Part shown: positions 52,481 to 64,000 of the stretch, piece by piece
Numbering within the stretch: the first letter of the stretch is position 1
Layout of the letters: each line of letters starts with the position of its first letter
The notes under the pieces: generated by a model
Told to the model about the DNA's origin: nothing
The model's input: the letters and a program-made list of their open reading frames with translations, nothing else
Databases searched by the model: none
From: Octopus sinensis
Taxonomy: Eukaryota
Direction of reading: 5' to 3'
NCBI RefSeq assembly: GCF_006345805.1
Contig: NC_042997.1
Location: 107,818,001-107,882,000 of the forward strand
DNA length: 64,000 bases
Made by a program: the position numbers and the translations under genes

Positions 52481-52482
<2 letters not shown>
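48085..52482 (-). mobile_element. tRNA/CORE-like SINE split by the RTE (tail 48085-48326, head 52301-52482)
   Basis: The two halves reconstitute the same SINE as 38290-38815. Confidence 0.85.
48327..52300. mobile_element. Full-length RTE LINE with inverted 5' part (5'UTR+EN on +, 50879-52301; RT on -, 48327-50882)
   Basis: EN motifs TFATWNVRTL, DIAALSETRL, LLGDFNARVG, WHLIDYV; RT motifs KAPGSDAIPAE, FVDLTKAFDTVSR, GVRQGCVLAP, FLFADD, FTYLGS; (att)n tail; candidate TSD acatatatata at 48316-48326 and 52300-52310. Confidence 0.93.
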
Positions 52483-52549
<67 letters not shown>

Positions 52550-52566
52550 ATATAATATATAATATA

Positions 52567-52610
<44 letters not shown>

Positions 52611-52870
52611 TATAATATTAAAATTTCTAAGTCTCTCTAAAGGAGACTACGGCAGCGGTACTGGAAATTAACAGTTATCGCCAAGCTAATATGGCAGTCC
52701 ATAAATATAAGACTAAAGCTGCCGTTGATTAGCTCCAAGAGGCCATCGCCTCTAGCTAGCTACATGACACACGAACTGTGTCCATTATAACCTTCGAACA
52801 AGGGAGGTCAGCCGCTTCCCATGCTGGTCAGACATGTGCAGACATGTTTCAGGGTATTTGCCTTTATCAA

Positions 52871-52959
<89 letters not shown>

Positions 52960-53100
52960 CTATATAGTGTATATTTAAATACATAAGGAATCCACTTATA
53001 GGAATTCTAGAAAGAACAGCCAGGTTCTATAGCCACAAAAATTAGGGATGAAATTCGACAAGAACGAATTGAAAAATGAAAAACATTTTACCATCTAGTT

Positions 53101-53174
53101 TCCTGGACCAATTGGTTTCTGATTTTAGTTTAGCGAGTCAAGGAACTCGCTAGGTGTAATCTTCTTCAGCAGGA
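53101..53174 (-). ncRNA. Type I hammerhead ribozyme motif, canonical core, palindromic stem III
   Basis: tcctg-CUGAAGA-a-gatt...aatc-a-GAA-ACCAATTGGT-C-cagga; GUC triplet at 53108-53106. Confidence 0.72.
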
Positions 53175-53190
53175 CCACCTAGGGTTAAGC

Positions 53191-53248
<58 letters not shown>

Positions 53249-53329
53249 TTTGATACTTGATACTTTGATAGGTTTCGGCCATTATTGGCCCAGGCCATGT
53301 CTAACTTAATAGCACCACCTGGTAAATAA

Positions 53330-53364
<35 letters not shown>

Positions 53365-53526
53365 ATATATATAATATATATATATATTTATATATATTAT
53401 TATATTTATATATTTCTATTTCTATATATATTTATATATATTTATATATTTATATATATATATATTTATATATATTTATATATTTATATTTTATATATAT
53501 TATATATATTTATATATTATTATATT

Positions 53527-53562
<36 letters not shown>

Positions 53563-53569
53563 TCGTCGA

Positions 53570-55280
53570 TGGACGAAGGTTGCAAATCGTCTCAACCAAC
53601 ATCCCAAAAGTAGCGAAATGTCCCGCCTAAAAACAACACTGATGGAGATCGAAAAAGGCTGCAACAATCCCATGTGAGGGAGAAAGCAGACAAAGAAGCC
53701 TGGGTTATAAAAAACATTAAATCAAACCAAAAGGCCTTCTTTCATTACGCGAAAGAAACAGCCTCAGTACACTACAAGATAGGACCCCTCCTCCAAAAGG
53801 ATGGCTCCCTCACAGACAGTCCAACTAAGATCAGTGAGATACTGAATGACCAGTTCAAAAGTGTCTTTACCACCTCGTTGGAACACAGACAAGTGAACGA
53901 ACCAGTGGACTTCTTTGCCGCCTCACCTATAACCAGCGAGGCAGTTACAATAGAATACACTGACATTAGCGAAGAAGATGTACTACTAGCCATAGATGAA
54001 GTGGACACAAACTCAACTGCTGGTCCCGATGGTTTACCAGCAATCCTCCTCAAATGGTGTAAGCATGCCCTGGTAAAACCCCTCAACATTCTCTTCCAGA
54101 GCTTTCTTACAAATGGCAAACTGCCAAGCAAGCTGAAGGAGGGAATAATATGCCCAATACATAAAGGGGTAAGTAGAGCAGATGCCAAAAACTATAGGCC
54201 TATCTCTCTGACTTCACACATCAGCAAAGTCATGGAACGGATAGTCAGAGGGAAACTAATCGCATTCCTTGAGGAAAATAACTTGCTGAGTGATACCCAG
54301 CATAGTTTTCGACCAGGTAGGAGCTGCCTGACCCAGCTCTTACAACATTATGACTGGGTGTTGAGGCAGTTACTCAACAAATCAAATGTGGACGTAATGA
54401 ACCTTGATTTTGCAAAAGCTTTTGACAAGGTGGATCATGGTATGATATGCCACAAACTGCGTGACCTCGGCATAGCTGGAAAACTTGGAGTGTGTTTACA
54501 TGACTTCCTGAAAGATAGGAGTCAGGCAGTAGTGGTTAATGGAGCCACCTCTATGAACACACAAATAGTGAGCGGTGTTCCACAGGGCACTCTCTTGGGA
54601 CAACTGCTTTTTATAGTGGCCCTCTCAGATATCCCCTCAAATGCCCGGATAGTCACTCTGGCAAGCTATGCAGACGATACGAAAGTCTCGCAGAAAATAC
54701 AGAATCCCAGCGATGTTGCACACCTGCAGCAGGAGTTGGACTCAATCTACAGATGGGCTGAGGATAATAATATGCAGTTTAATGCTGAAAAATTCCAGGC
54801 CCTGGGCTATCAGCATCCAAAACTGAATATTAAACTTACAGGGTACACCGGTCCACAGGGAATTTCAATCCCAGAGCCTAAGTCAGTGAGGGATCTGGGT
54901 ATCGACATGAGTGATGTCTTTCCAAGTGCACATTACCGGATGGCGACAAAGCGCAGACGACTGGCTGGCTGGGTCCTAAGAACATTCAGAACCAGAGATA
55001 AGGAAACCATGATGGTCCTCTGGCGGACATTCGTCCTCAGCCGCCTGGATTACTGCTCACAGCTTTGGTCACCCACCAGTGTGAAATTAACAGCGGGCCT
55101 TGAAGCAATCCAGTGAAGATTCACAAAGAATATCGTCTCTTTGCAACAGCTCAGCTACTGGGAAAGGTTGAAACAGCTAAGACTCTACTCCCTGGAGAGA
55201 AGACGGGAGTGGTATGCAGTAATATATATCTGGAAGATCCTGGAAGGAATTGTGCCAAATTTTGGCATTGTAAGCTACAT
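53570..55280 (+). mobile_element. CR1/L2-group LINE, 5'- and 3'-truncated, 480-aa open RT frame
   Basis: ORF 53674-55116: NYRPISLTSHISKVMER, QHSFRPGRSCLTQL, DFAKAFDKVDH, VPQGTLLG, YADDTK, VRDLGI. Same family as 5955-9000. Confidence 0.95.
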
Positions 55281-55603
55281 ATATATACATATCAATGTAT
55301 ATTTTTATGCTCAGTTATAATAAAAACGATTTTACATCAACTCGATTTGAGTACAAATTCATTATTCTTAAAAAAAAATAGTACTGATATTGACTTCCAA
55401 GATTCGGACAGCTAAGTCATCATCGAACTGTGATGCATTAAATGAATTAAATTAAATTAATTGCAGAATTAATTATCTGTTTCAATGGAATTGAGCAAAT
55501 TAAAAATAAAAAAAAACTGACAGAATTTTATGTTTATTACCAAATATATATATACTGTATCTGGTTGAAACTTAAAAAATTACTGTCAATACTAATGTTT
55601 GTA

Positions 55604-55704
<101 letters not shown>

Positions 55705-56267
55705 GTCTGTCCGTCTGTCTGTCTCTATCTCTTTATCTACACGCGCGCGCGCACACGCACACATACACGCAAATGCACACATATAAATGTGTGTCTGCAC
55801 CTGTATTTGTAACGTGAGTTGATCGAAGTGGTTCGGGTGTTCTATCGAATGAAATGCATTCAGTATCGTCCTCTCTCTATTTACTGAAGTCTTTCACTTT
55901 CATCTACCCGCCAACCCCGATCAAACAATCAGAAAAGTAAAGAAAAGTAAAGAAGTGACAGGTAAATCCCGTCTCAACCAAACAAATGTGTTAAGAAACA
56001 TTATTTGGAATTATGAAATATAAATTGGACCAAGCATTGCTTCTTGTACTTTAAGCATTTCCTTAACAAATGACAACTCACTGAGTAGGGATAGCTGATG
56101 AGTCGAGAAGAAGGAGTACGAAGCATATGAATGATACTGCTTTTAGCTGGTTAGTGAACGATGAGTAGTGAGTAACGAGTAGTGAATACTCGATTGAACA
56201 CCATATGCACTTTGCTTTATGACCAAATGTTATACGCCTCATGGAAGATACCTACCTACCTACCTAC

Positions 56268-56332
<65 letters not shown>

Positions 56333-56643
56333 CATCTATCTATTTGTATACGTATATTGTATGTATACGTATATATACATACATACATATGTATGTATAT
56401 ATATGTATATACAAGTATGTATATGTATATATATATATCTGTGTATATGCATATATGTATATATATGTATATATCTATATCTTTATATACGTATGTATGT
56501 CTGTCTATGTATATGCAGGCACGAAATTACGTTTGACCTGATCACTGATGAAAAGCTGGGGACCTTCTGTGTCTGTTTTTCGTTGGTTTGTGCATTTAAC
56601 ATACGTTTTTGAAACTCGTGTGTGTGTGTGTGTGTATGTGTGT

Positions 56644-56679
<36 letters not shown>

Positions 56680-56828
56680 ATACATACATACATACATTTA
56701 TATATATATATATATATGTAGCATATGATAAGATGAAAGTGGAGAGTTTTAAGAGATAAACATCAATTTATTAACATATTGTGCATTCTCTGATACCTAC
56801 AATATGTATATGTATGTACATATATATA

Positions 56829-56903
<75 letters not shown>

Positions 56904-56905
56904 AA

Positions 56906-56937
<32 letters not shown>

Positions 56938-56983
56938 CATACATATATATATGTATATATGCATATGTATGTATACATATCTA

Positions 56984-57071
<88 letters not shown>

Positions 57072-57110
57072 TCTATAGGTATATACATATATGTGTGTGT
57101 GTATCCACAC

Positions 57111-57171
<61 letters not shown>

Positions 57172-58297
57172 GTTTAATGATTAAGAGAAGAAAGAGGTTG
57201 TTAACCTTATACTCAGCGGATTCCTAAGTACTTGTGTAAAGCGATGGGTGTAAGATATTACAGTTAAAATCCTATAACGATTGGTTAAGAACATCTGTTG
57301 GGGAAATGGTAAATACCTGGCTTCTATTGGTTTGTGAAGCACTGACGTAGTAGAGAGCATGTCTTTGAAGAGGAGTGTTGTTGGCGGTGAAACGAATGAT
57401 GAACGGATGTGGAAATTGTTTATGGCTTAAAATTAAACAAAGCAGTTTAGACTGAAATGATTTGAAAGTGAGTATGATCGTTACATCAGATAGAAACAGG
57501 AAAGCAACACATTTTGTTGTTGAATGAGTCAAGAATTTAGTGTTTCTGAGCTACCTTAAATAACCGTTTGTTAATTAAGCGTGAATCTCTCGTGTTACAA
57601 GAGAGATGAGAAATTTCAACAAAACCAGTCTTTAGGTATTAACAAAGTAAATTCACAGCGTTTGACGTTTTCTGTATTACAGTTCTATATTTAACGACAA
57701 ACAAGATGAGGACAAATATCCGTCAAATGTAAATAATGTAAATAATGTTTTCTGTATTGCGCCGATGTTTGAAATTGGTAGTTTCATAAATTTCTCTGCC
57801 CGAGAAATTATGAAATAAAAATGAGAAAAAGTCGTTAGAGACATACTTTAGGCAATTAGTTTTCTAAATTTTGTAGAGATTTGTCAAAATATTTCGAAAT
57901 TCTTGGCATCAAAACTTTCTGCACCCAAACTGCCCCTGTTAATGGTAGAATCTCTCGGATTTAGTCGCACCTAGAAATGAAGGTTTTCATAGATTTCTGC
58001 TGAATAACAGACAAGGATGAACACAAAGGTTCCTCAACTGTTTGATTTTTTTCAGTTATTTTTGCATAAATAACAGAAGGTAAAGAATGCTATCATTGAA
58101 TCTACCGGAAGTTAAACAGTAGCTCCGCATAACAAAGACGCGCGCGTATGTATGTATGTATGAATGTATGTATGTATGTATGTATGTATGTATGTATGTA
58201 TGTATGTATGCGTGCGTGCGTGTGTGTGTGGTGTGTGTGTGTGTAGGGATTCAGATAGAATCAGGTACTTGAAAAGATAAGCACCAGGAAGGGTTGG

Positions 58298-58377
<80 letters not shown>

Positions 58378-58384
58378 CTCTCTT

Positions 58385-58465
<81 letters not shown>

Positions 58466-58955
58466 TAACAGTCTTTGATCGAGTAATAGCTTGTACTCTC
58501 TCGGGAGCCACATTCAAAGTATTATTATATACTCTTCCTGTATGTGTGTATTTTACGAGGAAAAAAAACATGTAATAATTGAAGTAGAAAAAAAGGTCAA
58601 TTTCATACACGAACTTCTGTTTGTTTATTATATGATAATAATAAGCGAGCTGTATGTATTATTTATATATCAATACAGTAATGGCAGTTATATAATACAC
58701 AAGGCTTTGTTCAGCATGGAGCTGTAATGGAAGAAAATTTCCTAAAGTGCTGCACAGTGGGACTGAACCCAAGGCGACATGGTTGGAAAGCAAGCTTCTC
58801 AACCACACAGCCACGCCTATTAAGGAGAGATACATTTTGGAAAATATACTCCTTGATACAATATGCTTAACAAAAAGATGGGATGTTTATGGCGAGAAGA
58901 CCTTTGATTTTAATATTTACTCGAGCAACGCAACAACTAACAATGCTACACCATT

Positions 58956-59435
58956 CAGGGTTTTCCAGAATTAATTGTTTCAATGAAATTGAGCAAATTT
59001 ATAAAGAAACCTGAAAGAATTTTATGTTTATTACAAAAACATGTAGATTTATAAATCTTTCATGAAACTTTTATTGAAAATTTTCAACATGTCTGTATCC
59101 CTGCATACTTCTAATCTCCTCTTAGCATTGTGAAACATATTGTGAAGCATTTCAGGAGTTAGCTCCTGCACTGCTAACTGAATGTGTCCTTTAAGCTCAA
59201 CTAAACTATTGCTCCATCTTGGGGATGGAGGTAACGAAAATGATTGCTGCCAAATTGAAAAAATCTGTCATGGACAAATAAGAGGGGTCCAACAGGAATG
59301 AAAATAAAATTATCGACAAAATTCAAAATTTATACCCTCTTAACACATATTAAACATGATAAACATAAATAAAAGTGAGTTTTAAAAAAATGCATCCGAT
59401 TTCTCTCAATTCATCATTAATTCTGGGACACCCTG
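58956..59435 (-). mobile_element. Internally deleted maT/Tc1-like element
   Basis: TIRs cagggttttccagaattaat / attaattctgggacaccctg. Internal minus-strand remnant LKGHIQLAVQELTPEMLHNMF. Confidence 0.7.
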
Positions 59436-59929
59436 TGTTTACTCGTCCAACTAAATAGGGGAAGGAACATGCGGGGGGGGGGACTAATTGCAGGTGGCAA
59501 GAGTAGCTTCCGGAAGTGGTCACGGGGTCAAACTCAAATAGCTGTGAGTCACAACAACATTTTTTTTGTGTATGAACATTTTGCATTATATAGTTTAGAC
59601 ATGGATGACATGGATGACATAGAAAGCAGACATGCTGCCGAGCCACGCTGCGTTGCGCAGGATCGGAAACGTGAAACATCAACTCGGCACTTCCGGAGAA
59701 TGGATGATTGGGTTTGTTCTGCCTTTACCCAGCTGCACACGCACACACATGCCCCGGTAGTGTGTGGGATGGTAAGATGCAGCATCAACAGGACGCGGAC
59801 AAAAATTTTAATGTTCTTCTTATTTCCTCTGCCAAATTGGACAAAAAGGTTTTCGTGAAATATCATACGCTACTTATAATGCATAAGTAGCGTCAATATT
59901 TTATCGCCGGAAAATGGCCTAAAAAAATA

Positions 59930-60338
59930 GATAAAACCCAATGCAGTATATTCAAATATGCAAGATAATGCTCGGTCACGTAGAGCGAGAATGACATTCC
60001 CAAGAATGGAGCAGCCTGAATGTGAAACGATGCCCCATCCACCATATTCGCCGAATATTGTCTCATCTGATTATCATTTATTCTGCAATCTTCAAAATAA
60101 TTTGGACGGAAAACATATGAATTCTGTAGACGAGGTCAGAGCAGTGCTGGAGGAGTATTTTTCGTCACGGACAAGTGAATTTTGGAAGAGAGGCCTTGCA
60201 AGTCTACCAGATAGATGGAAGAGCATTGGAGGAAATGAAGGAGAGTATATTTGAGATTAAAGAAGAATTTTGTTTATCTCAATTTTGAAAAATAAAAGAA
60301 GTATACGAAAACACTGCATTACTTATGGGATGTCCCCA
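59930..60338 (+). mobile_element. Mariner 3' fragment
   Basis: MQDNARS...PHPPYSPNIVSSDYHLF...LPDRWK...GEYI*, then TIR-like gcattacttatgggatgtcccca|TA. Confidence 0.85.
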
Positions 60339-60346
60339 TATATATA

Positions 60347-61957
60347 CAGTTGCGGCCAAAATGTTCAGAATGGCATTGTTTTCGTCAGAAAAGTAGATAT
60401 AAGTTTTTATCAAAGTTGTTTTATATTCTATAATTTTCACAGACAATAAATACAATATTAATTGTTATTGTCTGAGATTTTAGTGTAATTTGAGAGGATA
60501 ATACAAAAGTTATGGATGATTTAGTGATTTACTGCAAAACCCATAGCGGCCAAAATGATCAGAACGGTTGAAAAAAATAACAAAATAATCAAAAATGACA
60601 GAGAATACTGGAATTATTTAATATTTAGTGTGAAGCCCTTTAGCTTCAATCACACTCTGACATCTTCGACTGCATGAGGAAATTAAATTTTCAATTTCTT
60701 GCTGGGTGATCTTATTCCATTCTTCCTGAAGGGCATTCCATAATTGCTCAGTTGTTTTAGGATTTCTGGCTTTCGAACGTTCTCCTAGAATATTCCACAC
60801 GTTTTCAATAGGATTGAGATCTGGGCTTTGAGCTGGCCAATCCATAACAATAACCTTTTCAGCCTTGAGGAAGTTCATGACCACCTTAGCCTTGTGACAT
60901 GGGGTATTGTCCTGCATGAATATGGGTGGTCGCTTAGTTGAATTTCTCAGCACAGGCAAGACATGATCTTTTACAAGTTGTTTATAAACTCCTGCATTTA
61001 ACTTTCCATGTAATCGCACCAAAGGGCCCACACCATCTCCAGATATCATTCCCCAAACCATGACACTTCCTCCACCGAATTTAACACTAGTCTTAAGGCA
61101 TTTAGGCAACAATTTTTCACCTACTTTTCCCATCTGAGCCAAATAGCATAAACTTAGATTCATCACTGAAATGCACCGTTTGCCATTTTTCTTGAGACCA
61201 CAACACATGTTCGGTTGCAAAGGTAAGACGACACTTTTTATTCTTGGAGCTAATCAGTGGCTTCACTGCAGGTGCTCTTGCTTGTAGGTCATGTTCAACT
61301 AAACGACGAGACACAGTTTTTCGAGATAAAGTTTTCTTCAATACAATGCTCATTTTCCGAGAAACAGCAGCAGCAGTTTTAAATCTGTCCTTTTTAACCA
61401 ACTTTACCATAGCACGATCTTCTCTCTTGGTCGTTTTTCTTGGCCTACCTGTAAACTTTCTTGCTTCACACGAACCACAATCATCGTAGACCTTAAGAAT
61501 ACCGTGTACAACACTTTTTGACTTGTTAACAATCTTTGCAATAGATCCAATACTTAAATTATCCTTCCTTCGAAGCTTAATAATCTGCTGACGAATTGGT
61601 AACGGAGTAAGTGGCATTATATTAACAAAGTACACTGCAAATATTCTTACTAATTTAGTAAACGAACCGTCACGTAAACAAATTCAAAACATTAGAGTTC
61701 GCCGGTTAAATATACTAAAACACGTAGTAAAAGCAACCGTTCTGATCATTTTGGCCGCCATGGGTTTTGCAGTAAATCACTAAATCATCCATAACTTTTG
61801 TATTATCCTCTCAAATTACACCAAAATCTCAGGCAATAACAAATAATATCGTATTTATTGTCTGTGAAAATTATAGAATATAAAACAACTTTGATAAAAA
61901 CTTATATCTACTTTTCTGACGAAAACAATGCCGTTCTGAACATTTTGGCCGCAACTG
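60347..61957 (-). mobile_element. Tc1 (DD34E) transposon, IR/DR type, 1611 bp, near intact
   Basis: 224-bp TIRs with 6 mismatches and TA flanks. Transposase has GRPR, FSDESKF, QDN-34aa-E (SPDLNPIE). One frameshift near 61125. Confidence 0.97.
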
Positions 61958-61964
61958 TATATAT

Positions 61965-62262
61965 ATATCACTGTCACTGTGATCACTGTGACCGACCAGG
62001 CTATCAGATGTTGCTACACATCGCTGGTCACAATGCGCTTCGCATTGTTTTAGCCTTCAAATGACGCCACCCCGCTGGCTAGGCAAGCAGGCCAGCAGAA
62101 GAAAGAGTGAAAGTTGTAGCGAAAGAGTACAGCAGGGATTGCCACCACCCCCTACCGGAGCCTCATGGGGCTTTGGGTGTTTTCGCTCAATAAACACTCA
62201 CAACGCCCGGTCTGGGAATCGAAACCGCAAGTCCGCTGCCCTAACCACTGGGCCATTGCGCC
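61965..62262 (-). mobile_element. tRNA-derived SINE (third family)
   Basis: Minus-strand head ggaggcgcaatggcccagtggttagggcagcggacttgcggtttcgattccc; tail ...ggtcacagtgatcacagtgac. Confidence 0.8.
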
Positions 62263-62263
62263 T

Positions 62264-62307
<44 letters not shown>

Positions 62308-63489
62308 CAAAAAAAACCTCCAGGATCGCAAACTCCAATAACCTGGACCACCGCATACATAGAATCAATAGTAGAAAAATGAAGCAAGGAAAGGAGCTGT
62401 AATAGTTACAACCCTAAAGACACGATTAATACTGGCAATCAATTAAAAAATAACCGGTTGAAGCCTCGCAATAAAAGAGAGAGGGACACGACCAAAACGG
62501 GAATGGGGAAGAAATGAGAGGGCAGGTGACATAAAGATGCAAAAAAACTCCCAACAAATGCACATGCAGTGATAAAGCAAAATGTCCTTTGGAGAACCTA
62601 TGTCGAAACGTTGTGTACAAATGTACTGTGAACACCAGAGGAGGCCCGTGTGTGTATATAAGAGCATCAGCTGATTTTAAAAAAAAAGTTGTAATCGAAA
62701 CCACATCGCCAGCTTCAACAGGGTTAACAAAAGACACTCAGTATCATTAGCAGATTTGTAAAGAATCTAAAAGAGAATAAGATAAAATATGATTTGACTT
62801 GGTCGATAATGCATGCACACCCATACAATACCTTTTCCAATAAGTGCGGACAATACTCGGAAGAATCGTTATGCGTATTGTTTAGCAAGGAAAACATTAT
62901 TTACAGATTTTCAGGTCAATTAATCAGATGCCTATACATGAATAAATGTACTTTTACACAATGTAATTGAAACAATTTATTAACTAATCCATCACGGACT
63001 ACCTAACAGCTATCTAACCAAATCTCTTCCCAAGTAGAAATATTCTGGTATAAACGTTATGAACATGCGCCACAGCATTACCTCGTGGACCTATTATATT
63101 GTTTAAAGTAAATATTATACAAATGCATGCAGGACATGCATTTGCAATTGTCCCAAAGTACCCCGTCCCCGCAAATTTCAGGCCTTGTTCCTAAAGTATG
63201 TAGGATTATTATTATTATTATTGTTCTTGTGATTTGTTTGCTTTTAGTTTTCATGAATGGGAATCGAAATGAAATTGAAATGAATTGAATATGGCAATAA
63301 TCCGAAAACATCCTTGATACTTTCAGGCGAATGTCTTAAATGTATCAGTGAATGTCTGGGAATTGTCGTTCGCCTAGTTGCTTCAGTTTTTCCCTGTAGA
63401 ATATAATGCCTACAACGTAATTGATAGGCCAGCGTAACCTGTTGGTTTAGATTTCTGCTGGAAGAAACACTTCTCTAAAAAAGGTTTCT

Positions 63490-63640
63490 TATTTCGGTGC
63501 AGGGAAAGCGGTGTTAGTCGATTATATCGACCCCAGAACTTGCCTTGGTGCTTTATTTCTTTCGACCATGAAAAAATGAAAGAAAACGTTGGCCTTGACG
63601 GAATTCGAACACAGAACGTCAAGTGCTGAAGCAAATACAT
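63490..63640 (-). mobile_element. Diverged SINE (GGCGAGCTGGCAGAA family)
   Basis: gtcgattatatcgacccc...aatgaaagaaaacgttggcc...ggaattcgaacacagaacg. Confidence 0.65.
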
Positions 63641-64000
63641 TCTCATGATAGCTGTTAGTTCACCTAATCCATAGAATCCCAGCATGAAAAACATTCAACA
63701 AAGTGGGCGCGAAACCACGAACCAAAGGAGCTTCTCGATAAGGCGGCGCCATCTTCTAGAAAAAGCAGCTAAACCTTCCGCAAGTCACATCTTGCAAAAG
63801 CCCAAACTGTTTCAGACCCTCCAAGACAGGGGCTAAAATGTTTTTAAAATTCAATTTCAGTAATTTTACAACTTTGAGGTTAAAAGTAAAACAAAGGATG
63901 AGATGGTTATTAAAACAGTGAGGGTGGGTGGTTGACATATTGTTCCAGGGAAGAAGTATCAAAGAAAGTGTTTCAGGACAGTAACTGGAGAGTAACGAAG

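Noticed and set aside
56540-56620. CUGAUGA...GAAAC-tc-GUG hammerhead-like string
   Set aside because: The cleavage triplet ends in G, stem II is weak, and stem I is lost to a microsatellite.

Overview
Repeat-dense, AT-rich animal genomic DNA, most likely an octopus (coleoid cephalopod); this is an inference from the SINE families and the very high (TA)n/(CA)n/(TATC)n/(AAT)n load. The only host gene I can support is a minus-strand SLC5 sodium:solute symporter of the SLC5A8/SLC5A12/SLC5A5/SLC5A6 subfamily. Four of its exons (15446-15513, 12867-13021, 9687-9827, 4413-4536) splice in frame at GT-AG sites. Everything else is mobile DNA or microsatellite: CR1/L2-group, RTE, Tx1/L1-like, R4/Dong-like and Penelope-like retroelements, mariner, Tc1 and maT-like DNA transposons, a Helitron remnant and several tRNA-derived SINE families. 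The most interesting signals are: (1) a Tx1-like ORF1-only element and a SINE sharing its 3' tail, both inserting into the head of that same SINE family; (2) several sequence-unrelated hammerhead-ribozyme motifs, canonical and variant, in short units next to (TA)n; (3) a full-length RTE with a twin-priming-type 5' inversion; (4) a near-intact IR/DR Tc1; and (5) substitutions in the predicted substrate pocket of the transporter. All alignments and folds were done by eye and no databases were searched, so novelty is unverified. Most ORFs in the supplied track are microsatellite artefacts.
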